Assembly (NCBI GenBank): GCA_950097015.1
Contig: CATNEN010000003.1
Coordinates: forward strand, 12,090,001 to 12,154,000
Source of the DNA: Macrostomum hystrix
Lineage: Eukaryota > Animalia > Platyhelminthes
Length of the DNA stretch: 64,000 bases
Direction of reading: 5' to 3'
Made by a program: the position numbers and the translations under genes. The notes below the pieces were generated by a model. It worked only from the letters and a program-made list of their open reading frames with translations. It had not been told where the DNA came from and ran no database searches. Numbering within the stretch: the stretch's first letter is position 1; every line of letters starts with the position of its first letter. This document shows, piece by piece, positions 34,799 through 47,176 of the stretch.

Positions 34799-34930
34799 GA
34801 TAGAATGGAAAGTAGAATTCCAGATAGAATAGAGAGTAGAATTCCAGATAGAATGGAAAGTAGAATTCCAGATAGAATGGAAAGTAGAATTCCAGATAGA
34901 ATGGAAAGTAGAATTCCAGATAGAATGGGA
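34799..34930. repeat. Minisatellite, 24 bp unit (GATAGAATGGAAAGTAGAATTCCA), ~5.5 copies
   Basis: Visible tandem array. Confidence 0.92.
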
Positions 34931-34954
34931 AGTATTATGTCTTCGAAAACCTAC

Positions 34955-35131
34955 CTCGGCTAGACGATTTCCCAACTCGGACTGTCTTGGAGAATCAGAA
35001 GCGCCGACGGGATTCGACGGGGATTCTAGACCGACGCTGGAATTCCCGACACCGACGACTGACGCTGAGCCGGCAGCCGCAGGTATCGACGCTTTAGATT
35101 TTGAAGACTTAGCTGAAACTGGAAACTCATA

Positions 35132-35164
<33 letters not shown>

Positions 35165-35312
35165 ATAGTGCAGCTGTGAGTCTGCCGCTCCAAATGAACC
35201 GCTAATTACAGAGGCCGACACCATGGAGGCGGCATCGGCGTCTAGCGACGGATTCATCATCGCTTTGTAGCCTTTCAATGGGCTGCGACTGCGCGCAGCT
35301 TTCACTTTGTCC
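34955..35312 (-). CDS. Upstream or alternative Gln/Ser-rich exon of the ABCG gene
   Basis: Acceptor TAATTTAG at 35313, open frame with ATG-ATG at 35260, poly-Q, and a phase-0 donor GAG|GTAGG at 34954 that is compatible with the phase-0 acceptor at 32713. Confidence 0.6.
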
Positions 35313-35412
35313 CTAAATTAGCCAATACGAGGATGGGGAATAGGCATAAAATAAACTGCTAATAACTTGAAAATATATGCATACAGACATTCAGACGTTC
35401 AGACGATACATA

Positions 35413-36298
35413 CAGACGTTCTTAGGGAACGATGGGTCAATTAGACAGTTCTTAGGGAATGATGGGTCAATTAGACAGTTCTTAGGGAATGATGGGTCAA
35501 TTAGACAGTTCTTAGGGAATGATGGGTCAATTAGACAGTTCTTAGGAAAAGGTGGGTCAATTAGACAGTTCTTAGGGAATGATGGGTCAATTAGACAGTT
35601 CTTAGGGAATGATGGGTCAATTAGACAGTTCTTAGGGAATGATGGGTCAATTAGACAGTTCTTAGGGAATGATGGGTCAATTAGACAGTTATTAGGGAAT
35701 GATGGGTCAATTAGACAGTTCTTAGGGAATGATGGGTCAATTAGACAGTTCATAGGGAATTATGGGTCAATTAGACAGTTCTTAGGGAATTATGGGTCAA
35801 TTAGACAGTTCTTAGGGAATGATGAGTCAATTAGACAGTCCTTAGGGAATTATGGGTCAATTAGACAGTTCTTAGGGAATGGTGGGTCAATTAGACAGTT
35901 CTTAGGGAATGATGGGTCAATTAGACAGTTCTTAGGGAATGATGGGTCAATTAGACAGTTCTTAGGGAATGGTGGGTCAATTAGACAGTTCTTAGGGAAT
36001 GATGGGTCAATTAGACAGTTCTTAGGGAATGGTGGGTCAATTAGACAGTTCTTAGGGAATGATGGGTCAATTAGACAGTTCTTAGGGAATGGTGGGTCAA
36101 TTAGACAGTTCTTATGGAATTATGGGTCAATTAGACAGTTCTTAGGAATGGTGGGTCAATTAGACAGTTCTTAGGGAATGATGGGTCAATTAGACAGTTC
36201 TTAGGGAATGATGGGTCAATTAGACAGTTCTTAGGGAATGATGAGTCAATTAGACAGTTCTTAGGGAATGATGGGTCAATTAGACAGTTCATAGGGAA
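35413..36298. repeat. Minisatellite, 30 bp unit (AGACAGTTCTTAGGGAATGATGGGTCAATT)
   Basis: Visible tandem array of ~29 copies. Confidence 0.96.
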
Positions 36299-36689
36299 TC
36301 ATTGAATCCATCAATAATGTGTCAAAAGTGTAAGAAGGATAGAAAGGATTGTTAGAATGTAAAACAAGGCTTTTAATAAAGGATTCTTGCAGCATAAATG
36401 CATTTAAAGATGCATTAATTTATCTACAGTAAAAGCAGATTGCAGCAAAAAATATCTTACAGAAGCTAGTCAGAGGCAATGAAAACAGCTGCACTAAAAC
36501 TTTAGTTCACTCTCTCCACAATTTACAATTAGCAGGTGCACTAGACAAAATGTAACATGCTTTCATTAACTGACTTTTCAATAAGTATAGAAAGTATTCA
36601 ACAACATACATCACACTTGATAGCCTTAATTAATCATTATACATAGAACCTGTGCTTACCTAATAAATAGTGAATTGTGAGCTTGTCAC

Positions 36690-36835
36690 ACAATTTATGC
36701 ACTTAGGGGCCTAGTACAGAGAGAGTATACGCTGCTTGATGATGATGTGAAAGCCAGGGTGTGTGTGCCTACATTCAGTATCTGTGTGAATGTGTTCTCA
36801 GGAGACAGTGAAATGGGCAGAATTGCCTAGTGTCA
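36690..36835 (+). mobile_element. SINE family B, degenerate fragment
   Basis: CACAATTTATGC...GAGAGTATACGCTGC...GTATCTGTGTG...CTCAGGAGACAGTGAAATGGGCAGAATTGCC. Confidence 0.6.
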
Positions 36836-38294
36836 CCAAATAATATACCAGTGCACAAAGCCCTCCTGCAACTATTATTATTATTATTATTACTATATTA
36901 CCCAGGTGTAAAGTACACGACCAGCCCTAAAGATTGGTCTTTGGAAAAAAATACAAAAAATGTGGACTCGCCACAGATTCGAGCTTAGGAAATTTATTCC
37001 CTGTGCCTGTATGAATTTTATAGCATTAAAAAATTCTCTCAGGACAATTTTGTTCACATGTCAACAAGCCAATTTAATGTTAAGCCTTTTATGTCTTAAA
37101 ATTGTAAAGAAAGTAAAAAGCTGTTCACTAAATGTGCAGAAAAACCCTAATTATCTTAATTTGGTATTAAACACTGTTTAAAGAGGAGAGACCAAGAAGG
37201 CAATAGTTTCCTGACAGTTTTCTGATTGAAAGTGTCACTTTAATAAAGAAGTTCTGAAGTAAATAAGAAGAAAAATGGTTGATACAAAATACATTAAAAT
37301 TTACTCACAACCAAACACTTGTGAAGCTTCAAAAAAAGATTTAAAAAATTTCTGACATTAGAAATGAAGTAGAAAATGTACTCCAATAACCCTACATGTG
37401 CTATTGACATGTAACATTTCAACATAATTATCTAAGAGCTAGGCCTATACATAAAGCATGAATCAACATCAAGTAATAATAAATATCACTTACATGGATC
37501 AGTTGTACTAGGCTTCAATACAGATTAAATTTGCATTTCTTATCTATAAAAAACTGAAATGAGGTGTAAACAAAACATTTAGAAAGTGAAGTTTATAGTT
37601 TCTGTCTTTAATATACAAAATAATTGTATATAGGTATAAAATAAAATAAAATAAAATTTACAAATAATTACATTTTCTGTTGCTATATCACTAGTAAATC
37701 ACTAGATTAAGCTAATAGTTCTCACAAAAAGACAAGTTAGCTAGCCAATCTCCACTATATTGCTAACCTTATGTTAGTGAATTTTTGGTATGCAGTCTAA
37801 ATGAGTGTTAGCTGTGGCAGGTTTTTCTACCACTACTATACTCATTACTCTATGAAGATTATTTTAATCTTTTGCCTACAAAATTAATAAAAATTACTCA
37901 AAACATATTTTTCCAATGGCTCATAAATGTTTTCCTTATAACATCATTTATTCTGTTATTATGTTATTATTATGTTACAATGCTACAATAGTAAGTGCAC
38001 AAAACTAAACAAGAATGAAGTGTGCATACATATTTATATTTAAATATATATAAATCATAAAACATGTTACATGGCGAAACAAAATTCTTGTGCAGTTTTA
38101 AGAACCATGCACCAACTGTTTATAAAATACTTGCTATATCAAGCCTACAACTTTATCCTCAGTTGACACTTAAAGATCTAATGGTGGCTGTCACTGTTAC
38201 CCATACTAGGAGTAAATAAAAAATCTAATGAAATACTACATGTGTTTTAAAAGTCCTATGAAAAACTAACTTTATTATTAAAGTTGGTGATAAC

Positions 38295-39586
38295 CAGTGT
38301 TGGGCAAGTTACTTTAAAAAAGTAACTTCCGGTCAAGTAACTTCCGGTTCTAAAGAAAGTAACTTCCGGTAGTAGTTCCGGTACCGGCACTTGAAAAAAA
38401 AAGTAACTTCCGGTTCTTCGGCACCGGTACTTTCTACTTTTGAAAAATCGCGTGTTAAAGAAGGGCTTAATTATGTTTTTATTATTAAAAAACTAATAAT
38501 AACATGCCTTTGCAACTGCCAACTTGTCTAGAGTAAAACCAAGTGGAAAATGATTAAATGAAATTATTGAAAACGAAAAATGAATTTCTGAAAACCTATA
38601 TTTTTATGGTTTTTGCTTCTTTTTCCAGCACTAAGGTTCAATCCTTGCTGTGGCAGTACTTTACCAATTGCCACTCAAAAGTTTGGCCTGCGCAACTAAA
38701 AAAGCTGAAAAAATTTAGATTTGTATGTATTTTACACCATAACATTACATTCAGTTTAAATTTGAATAAAGCGTGCGCAAATAGACTAAACGTGATCAGT
38801 AAAAAATGAAAATTCGAAAATTGAAAAATCGCGCCTCTTTTTGAAGATAATTCGCGCCTGCCCTCAGAAATTGCATATTCGCGCCTCAATCACACCACTG
38901 AATAACTAACAACACAAGAGTCTTACAAACAAATGACATAAAGTGACAACTCTAAAAAAGTGGAAAGAGTAGCTCTAGTGGCGCTGCTGCCCTGCTGATA
39001 ATTACCTTTATTAATTCAATAACCTTTTAAGCCCTGAAAAAACTACTTTGACATTTAGACAATTTAGCCTAGGTTAACAGCTGAGAAAAAAAGTTTGCAT
39101 GCTTCTTAAAAGGAACCCCCGTAATTTAAACTTGAAAGCTTTAGCACTAGTGTAAAAGCTAGATATAGACAGTCATGTTGTCACAATTCACATCAAATGC
39201 CTGTTGCCGCGAAGTAGTACAAGGCGGTTTAGTGTCGCGTCGGCAAGAGGTGCTCGCTTTGCTCGAATTAAAAATTTAATTTTTTAAGGGACCAAAAAGT
39301 TGTTAAAATTCACCAACTAAATAAAATTCAAAATTTCTCGGCATTTCTTACGACATTATGAACTGATGATATGAAAATTCTTTCAATTTGTATGTTTTCT
39401 TTACTTTCTTTCTCTTTTTTTCTCTGCATTTAAAAAAGTGCCGGAAGTACCGGACTTAACAAAAAGTAACTTCCGATACCCTAGTCCGGCACTACAAAAA
39501 AAAGAACCGGAAAAAAGTGCCGCTTTAAAAAACAGTAACTTCCGGCACAAAAAGTGCCGGAAGTGCCGGAAGGTTGCCCAACACTG
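38295..39586. mobile_element. Non-autonomous hAT-superfamily DNA transposon (1292 bp)
   Basis: 13-bp TIR CAGTGTTGGGCAA / TTGCCCAACACTG; 8-bp TSD GTGATAAC (38287-94 and 39587-94); clustered subterminal AAGTAACTTCCGG and GTGCCGG motifs at both ends; no transposase ORF. Confidence 0.92.
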
Positions 39587-41509
39587 GTGATAACATATAA
39601 ATCTTCTACAAAATTAAAAGTTTATTATAAAAACAATTATAAAAAATGGAGTATAAGTATGACCATGCTCTCTTTCACAATACATTGCTAGTGCCTAATA
39701 ATATGCCTAAATTAGTAAATTTACATAATAAGTAGGAGGAGATACTCATGAGTCCGATTGTAAAAGCCCGACTTGAATATATAGAAAGCCAGGAAAAAAA
39801 CCTAAATACAAAATACATTTTCCAACAAGCAGCCTATAGTTAGGCTACTTTTTTCTTTTTTTAACTTCTTATTATAACTAAACATTTTTGTCATGTCAAA
39901 TATGCATGCCAATCTTACAATAGGCAAACTTGCATGCATAAAATGTACACTGGATTAATACAGCATACACCCCTCTTCCAGACTATGGCCAGAACAATCG
40001 AGAATATGTAGGTCCTGTAGAGGCTTCTATCTATATACATATGCTTAAAGCCAATATGAGCACGAATTACCTGCTCTAGAGCATCCCTCAGGGGAGATAT
40101 ATATAAGTTGCTGTTAAATATTTCGTTAAATAAGTCTGTGAAAAAATGCTTTGTACAACATTCAAAGTAACTAAAAAGCTAAGGATGAACTTTAATTAAA
40201 GATTTATGCTAAATAAATAACAATGGCAATTAACTGGATAGCAGTTAGCTAATACAATGTATTTTATATACATTGGCTGAGCTTCATACATAACATGGTT
40301 ATAAACTATAAAGGTGATTAAAATAAACAACAATACATATTATAAGCACGATTATAATTCGCGAATAATCTTTCAACGAGGATTAGAAGAGTAGCCGAGA
40401 GTCCTCGTATAAAGATATTTGATGATGGCCTCAGTCACCCTGGGGCCTTAAGAAGTACGTACGGTTTCCTGATTTCTTAGATTTTACGTATTTATATTTG
40501 TTCTCTCAAATGTTAGTACAAACCATAAAAACAAATAGTTTCCCTGCTTATTATCTATTTAGAAATTATCCTAAAAACGAATGGTTTCACTGCTTTTAAA
40601 TTCATTTGACTTACTAGCTTTTTAGCTTGTGATTACCTTTACCACTGTAGGTAACGATTACAGTTTGAGTGCATGAGTGAGTGCATGGTGTGGTGTGTTT
40701 TCTGGTAAACTGTCATAAACTAAATATCAGTTACCTATTTCAAAAATCAGCAGCTTTAAGAATAGCTGCTTATGGCTGTATATTTTTGTTAGAATCGGGT
40801 TAATTAGAAAATGTTAACTGGAGGTATATTCAGCTTCGCAATTTTTTGGCTCCTCATGGACGGTATTTGACTATGGGAACAATTAGTTGTAAAAATCCCA
40901 ATTCCTTGTCCTTGAGTATTATTATAGACTACTCTACTAGGCACAGTGTCTTATTTATTCAGCGTCCCTTCCCTTAGAATATACCACCCTCGCGTATCAG
41001 TTCCACGGATTAACCACACGCCATAGGTGCAGCGCCAATTAAGACCTTTCGCCATGCCAAATAAAAATAAACGCTATACGACTGTGAGTCCAACACAGTA
41101 ATTACCGTTTTTCAAGCACGTAAATGAATTCTAATAATAATAAAATATTCCCAGAATAAAAAGATTTTGAGCCTGCTGTATTATCACTTCTCGTAATTAA
41201 ACGAAGTGGTACATAAATCTAAATAAAATGCTTACAGATAATAGCTGTCCTTTTAGTTTGTGTGGTGTGGTAAATAAACTAATATCACGAAATAGGCAGC
41301 TAAGTAGATTAAAGTCTAATTTGTTTTAGACTTTGTACACTTGACAAAACTTGATAAGAATATGAATTAAATCAAAAGTTTTTTTTTAATTATGATCTAG
41401 TAATCCGACTCTAATAATTTATGACTCAGTATTACAATAATATAATATGTGCAGCCAATTTGAGGCGCGGATCTTCCAAGTTAACTTCCTTAAATATGGG
41501 CATTAATTC

Positions 41510-42162
41510 AGGCTTCCAAATTTTCGCTGGTGTTTCCAAATCCCAAGTAACGGAGCTTCCGCGCTGTCAGCAGTTCGTCTACCTCGGCGGTCTGGTACCT
41601 GACGTCCGCGAAGATCTGCGACGTCGCCGCGGGCTCGCTTGGGCTGCCTTTCGTACTGTAAGGGCGGTCCTGCAGTCCGAGGCCCTTACCTGATCGCCAG
41701 AGGGCGGCGCTGTTCCAGGCGGTGGTCAAGCCCGTCCTGCACTGTTTCTACAACGCCGAGACCTGGACGCTGACGGATTCGCTCGAACAGCAAGTCAATG
41801 CGGCGCACGCTGGCCTGTAGCGCGCCGCCTTTACGATCAGCGACGAGCGGATCACTAACGCGGCACTCTATCACCGCGCGGGCCTGATCCGCCCAAGTGA
41901 ACTGCTGCGACTTCGGCGCCGAGTCCTACACTATACTGCCCGCTGCCGGTGCAGAAGTGCTGCTGCAAACGCTGCAGGCAACCCTACCGGCGTGGCCAGG
42001 CCCGAACTCGGCGTTTCGTCGACTGCCTGCTGGCCGACGCTGGCGCCCCGGACTCTGCCGGCGGTGCAGCCTTTGTTCGCGCCCAGGCTCTGAAGCGTGC
42101 ACTGTAATTGACGCTGCATTTTTCCACCTGACAGCGTATTTTGTTGTTGTTGTTGTTGTTTG
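41510..42162 (+). mobile_element. 5'-truncated, frameshifted RTE-like non-LTR retrotransposon fragment
   Basis: Translates to ELPRCQQFVYLGG...RRRRGLAWAAF...LFQAVV...YNAETWTLT (post-RT region of RTE-clade LINEs), with stops and frameshifts; ends in a (GTT)n tail. Confidence 0.85.
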
Positions 42163-42814
42163 TTCCAAATCCCGCAATGACGCCTCTAAAATCCCAGTGA
42201 ATGTCTGGACCCGAGATGAATGGATGAGGATCAACTAGAATCTGCGTGGTCGTGCCGGGATCCAGCACCTGTACTAGGCATGTAATCGCAGCCGCGAAAG
42301 CAGCAGAAAGTTCTAAACAACTTTAATTACAGCGTATTAGGGACTCCAGTCGATACCTGGCTATGGGTACATAGCTTGGTAAACTATAGATTTACGACTC
42401 GAACACATTCAACAACTCATTGCACCCTATACAATTCCGCATATCTGAGACTAAAGCGGCTAGGAGCTCAAATGTCTTGAGGATATCCGTAGTTAATCCG
42501 TAGTTTAAAGTAGTTTTTAGCCCTTGGCACTGGTCAAAAAAAGGATCAATATATTTTCGAAAAGACGAATGAAGGCAAAACATATTTCCGGCTCTTAACC
42601 CAACAAATATTGGGAAATTTAACAAACACTTTCATGTTGCAAAACAAGAATTTCTATCAATCTCTGCATGCAGCTTTAGCTCTCCTGTGTTTTTTATTTC
42701 TTTCGAATTTTTTCCTCGATCGTTAGTCTGCATGTCTTCTGCCTTCAGAAAAACTTTGTCCACTCCATCGTCATCAGCTGCGAGCAGTGATAAGTGGGGC
42801 GGAGTGATTGGAGG

Positions 42815-43083
42815 TGGGGATGAGTGACAGAGCAGTCTGACACGTTTGCCACTCACAGCAATGTAAATGAGCTCGATTTAGCCGCGAGGCCAAATTTGTT
42901 TAGGGCGCAGCCGCGTAGAGAAGGCTTGGGGGCTTGTCACACAATTTACGCCCTTGAGGGCCAACCTCCAAGTCACAGTGAGAGTGTACACTGCCTGACG
43001 ATGAGAAAGTCAGGGCAGATGTACACAGACCTTTGTGAGAGTGTGCCTGTGTACGGAATCTGTGTGCGTGTGTGCTCAGGAGA
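42815..43083 (+). mobile_element. SINE family B, 3'-truncated at the palindrome arm
   Basis: Homologous to 14109-14390 up to GTGTGCTCAGGAG, where homology ends and the inverted-repeat arm begins. Confidence 0.8.
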
Positions 43084-43521
43084 TCATGATTGTGGGTTTG
43101 AGTTGGTTACTGTTTTAAAAAATTAACTAGTTTATTAACAGTATAAATATAAAAATATTTTTGCTAAGCGCATAACAATAGTGAGTATTGATTTTAGTTT
43201 TTGATAGAGTCGCAACAATATATTTGTCAATATTTCAAGATAATAAAAAATAAATAATAAAATAGCAAGATCTCAGCAAGCAACTGAGTTCTCTCGCATA
43301 TACTTTTCCAGAGCCTCAACGTCTCTTGTCATCTTGTGCCATTTAGCAGTTTAATTGGCTTGTAGAAAGATAGCATTACAATAGTAGTTACCTAAAGTCT
43401 CGTCATATTAATCAAGTTTAGCCAAGAAGGTCTATGAATTAAGTTAATCAATCGTAGTTTTCTTAACAGCATTTCGCCTAAACACTTGGGTTTTCTCGCA
43501 GTAGTGGCACTCGAGAGCGAT

Positions 43522-44434
43522 TTAAAAATCGAACCCGTAGACTTCAACCTCGCACATATTGATTGGCCCACCAGCAGGCAATCGGTTTTGAATGCGAATG
43601 CTGCTTCCATAGTGCCAACACGACACGTTGGTGATTGCGAACGGCTTGCTAACTTTGACTCCGCCACACTGAACATTGTCGACCATTAGAGCTAAGTCAT
43701 TCATCCTCTCAGAGCAGCACTCCAAGCGGTTGTAGATTGTCACCTGACTCACAATGGTCGGTCTCAGCAGGTGAGCCTGCCACCATTCTCTCACACCGAA
43801 ACTTGTGTGAATACAGAAACCCCCCATCGAATGATGTTGATTTAGATTTCCGTCGATTGCTCGAGTGCAGTCAAAGCTCATGTAGACGGAGCTTTGACTG
43901 CAGTTGAACATTAGCTTCTTCGTTATTGCACCTGCGAAATAGAGAGTACAATGCCTTGGCAAATGATGTAGAGCTTCAAAATTTACTAGAAGAATCATTT
44001 TGGCAACTGGCTCGATAGACTGCCATTAGAAAGCTGTATGGCGCTAATGTGAACTGCCTACACAACAATTCTGAATCCTACACAGAAAATACCAATTAAG
44101 ACTCACCTGCGTCAGGTGGTCGGACATAGACGTCGCCCTGCTGGTTGTCATGCAGCCACGGAACTATCCAGAATATGGATGAGTTGAACAAGCCGCACAG
44201 ACCGCCGCTGATCCAGTAGAAGCCGTAGCACATCAGCTTGGCTGAGCACTCAAATGAGCAGTGGGCTGCGCTCAGCGTTCCCGTCAGCTCATCAAACACA
44301 GCTGGACTGGTCCTGTTGGTGCCTGAGCTCGACATCCAGTATGAGTAGCCTATTGAGCTCGCAACCGACTGCTCAAAGTGGCCTAGGATGAGCAGCGCTA
44401 CGAGAAGCGAACCTGCAAAGCTTCGATGGCTCAT
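43522..44434 (-). CDS. Secreted PAN/apple-like + F-type (fucolectin/FTP) lectin, copy A (245 aa); exons 44434-44107, 43931-43522
   Basis: Signal peptide; SAAHCSFECSAKLMCYGFYW..GLCGL (PAN-like); AIDGN Ca-site; H-x26-R-x-E-x4-R; NMCEVEVYG end motif; phase-1 GT-AG intron. Confidence 0.88.
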
Positions 44435-45094
44435 TTTCACGAGAATCTCTGATCAACTCTAACAGCAAGTGATAGACTTTTTATCTGCGCCTGGAGGCTT
44501 GATTAATGATGGGACAAATTTAACAGCTACATAGACTGGGGAGGGGGTAGAAAGCTAGTTTTATCTCAAAAAGCCCAATGGCTTGCATGTTCAGAAATTT
44601 CTGACAAATTAGCGCTCAGTTAATACTCTTCTAGCAGGCGATCCGTTGAATTTTTATTATGAGATTACTAGCCAACGCATTAATGAAGTGGAAAGCATGG
44701 TTACTAACTAAATAGTGACTGCATGCCTGGGTCGCCAACTATGCTGCATCGATTGCAAAGCGATGCCCATACAAGTATCAGTTGAGCAATTCATTATTTT
44801 TAAGCTAAAACCCGCCAGCAGAATTTATAATAACTATACTAGCCTATGGGACAACGAAGAAAAAATGTATTCCATCAGATGGTCATGTTGGGTAGCTGCG
44901 TCTCATTGTTGGGTTGAGTTGCCATAATATAAACGCTCTGTTTTCTAAATTTCGATAAAAAAACATCGTTTATGTTTTAATGCATTAGTATACTCTAGTT
45001 GGTATTTGTACAGTAGTATAAGTATGGACAGTACTAGTGAGATGACATTGTGAGTGAATAAAATGAACTAGTGCAAACTAAAAGAAAGCAGCTT

Positions 45095-45420
45095 GGAACA
45101 CAGTTGGAAAAATACCTCCTCCTCCAGCTTCCGCACTTGTTGCTGGAAGGTCGCGCTGAAAAGAATTAAGTCGTCTATGAGCGCCTCCATCCAGTTTATA
45201 ACAGCCATCGTCAGGTCCACCAGGCGTTAAAGGGTCTCGGGCGCGCCTTAGCAAAGACCAGACCCGAGCTTCGTGCACTGCATCAGGCCCTGTGTTGTGT
45301 ATAAAGCGATTTTCTCCCGGTCTTGATCTCGTAGCTTCTTCCGAACAACGAGTACGTTGCTCACCCACGGGCTTCAAGACGTCTCGATAACCCCGTGGCG
45401 CAGCATCGATCGCTAAGCTT
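45095..45420 (-). mobile_element. Decayed Gypsy RT fragment (may extend to ~45830)
   Basis: Minus-strand translation DREKIALYTTQGLMQCTKLGSGLC*GAPETL*RLVD...ALIDDLILFSATFQQQVRKLEE resembles Gypsy RT motifs (KTAF..GL...FGL.NAP.TFQR...DD.I.FS), with stops. Confidence 0.75.
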
Positions 45421-47176
45421 GTCGCCTACTTGCTACCGAAAAACAAGACCAGTTGGACGGGCGATGGTGCCTTGACTGGGATGATGACGCGGCTGCGACC
45501 GGTAATGTCACAGTGCTAGCGATACTAGCGATCACGGCGGTGGGCACCGCACGTACTGGTCCGGAGGTCTGCGCTGAGCTCATCTTAATCCGAGCCCAAC
45601 TTAATGATGGCGTCCATGCCGAGTACGCATTCTGGCTGAATGTCAGCGACCACCGTCACGTGGTGCTTCAAGCCAGTCCCTCCAGCTGTATTGCCTGTGT
45701 CGGAGACTCTAACCGTCGACCATCGATGGTGACTGGAGTGCTTAGAGGCGGATGAAGCTGAGCGGAGTGAAAGGGCTTTCTAGGCAGGGCTTGTGATGGC
45801 CAGCGGTCACGAGTCCTCAGAAGTTTCTCGAGGTTGGGGTCTGGCTGTAGAGATAGGATTTGTTGTTTTTTTTATTCTATGCAAGCCTAAAGTTAAACGA
45901 ATAATTTACATTTGTAAGAATTATGCGTTTCATCCTACTTGACAATGTCAGTAGTGCAGTACAAACATACGTAGCTGGCCCATAGACTTCTCTGGTGAAG
46001 ATAACTTTTAGGGAGACTGTCACGGCTCTAGAATGACGAGCTTGCTCAACCAGTGCGGACTTCTCAGGTGTGCGCAGGGTGCCCCGCTGTTAAACTATTT
46101 CTCCTGAAAAAATAGTCATACTACTGTTGGTGCTCATTACCGTAGGCGATCGGTAATTACAGCAACAACCAACTGTGTTTGCAATCTGACTGTGGATTGA
46201 AAAAAACAAATTTTGCCTTCATAAAGCATCGTTTCGAGAAAAGTTTCTAATTTTCTACGTGCGAATAAAATATCGTTTCATTAGCTGTTTCTTTTCTACA
46301 GAAGGCAAGTGGGTCCAGAAATACATAGAGAGTCGCTTATATTCAGGCCCTCTTAACACAGAGGTTCTGTTGCACAGAACAAAGTTAGAAATGATCACTA
46401 ATTTGCTCAAAGCTAACCATGGCAAAAAACACACATCTATATTTTGGCATGCAACTCATAATAGTTTTACAATAGTCAAAACTTCTGAATGTTTTTCATT
46501 TTTCGGTTTGGATATTCTCTACGTAATAAAAAATTCATTGGGGTCATTTTTGACGTCCATTTGTCATTTTTTAAACCGATTGAGTTGATTTTACCCATAC
46601 CATGCACCCATGCCAGCCAATTAAAGTCAAGTTGGAACATGCAAAAGCATCCAGTTTAGGTCTTCATTCACTAAGTGTTGTCCGTGTGACTTCACTAGGT
46701 CCTGCTGCATCGGATTGTTACAATAAGGGACTTTTCTAGAGAAAATTCCACCTTCAAAAATGTTCTCGGCCCCGTACAACTGCACATTGTAGGACACGAA
46801 GGAAGCTCATGACACAATGTATACTAGCAGCGTGTACACTGTTTAGTATGCGTGGAGCTGAGCCATTGGATTCTTGAAGACAAATTACATATAACCTGCA
46901 AGTAAAGGATCAAATCCGTTCCGCCAATAGGAATTTTGCCCACAACACCTATGAAACACCCAAACGTGCTTCCATTGTATAGTCTTTACCTTACCAAAGG
47001 ACAGAAAGAGATCGCTAAAAATATGCTTGGTTGACACCGTTTGAGTAGATCTTAAATTGAATTCATAATGAGCTGTTGTAGCTGTTAAATTTGTCCCATG
47101 ATCATTAATCAAGCCTCCAGGCGCAGATAAAAAGTCTATCACTTGCTGTTAGAGTTGATCAGAGATTCTCGTGAAA

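Noticed and set aside
35377-36174. 265-aa FLGNDGSIRQ repeat ORF
   Set aside because: A 30-bp array open by chance; it frameshifts near 36148.
36650-36675. TATTAG|GTAAGC on the minus strand as a recursive splice site upstream of ABCG
   Set aside because: No evidence this region is inside the transcript, and such a motif can arise by chance in AT-rich DNA.
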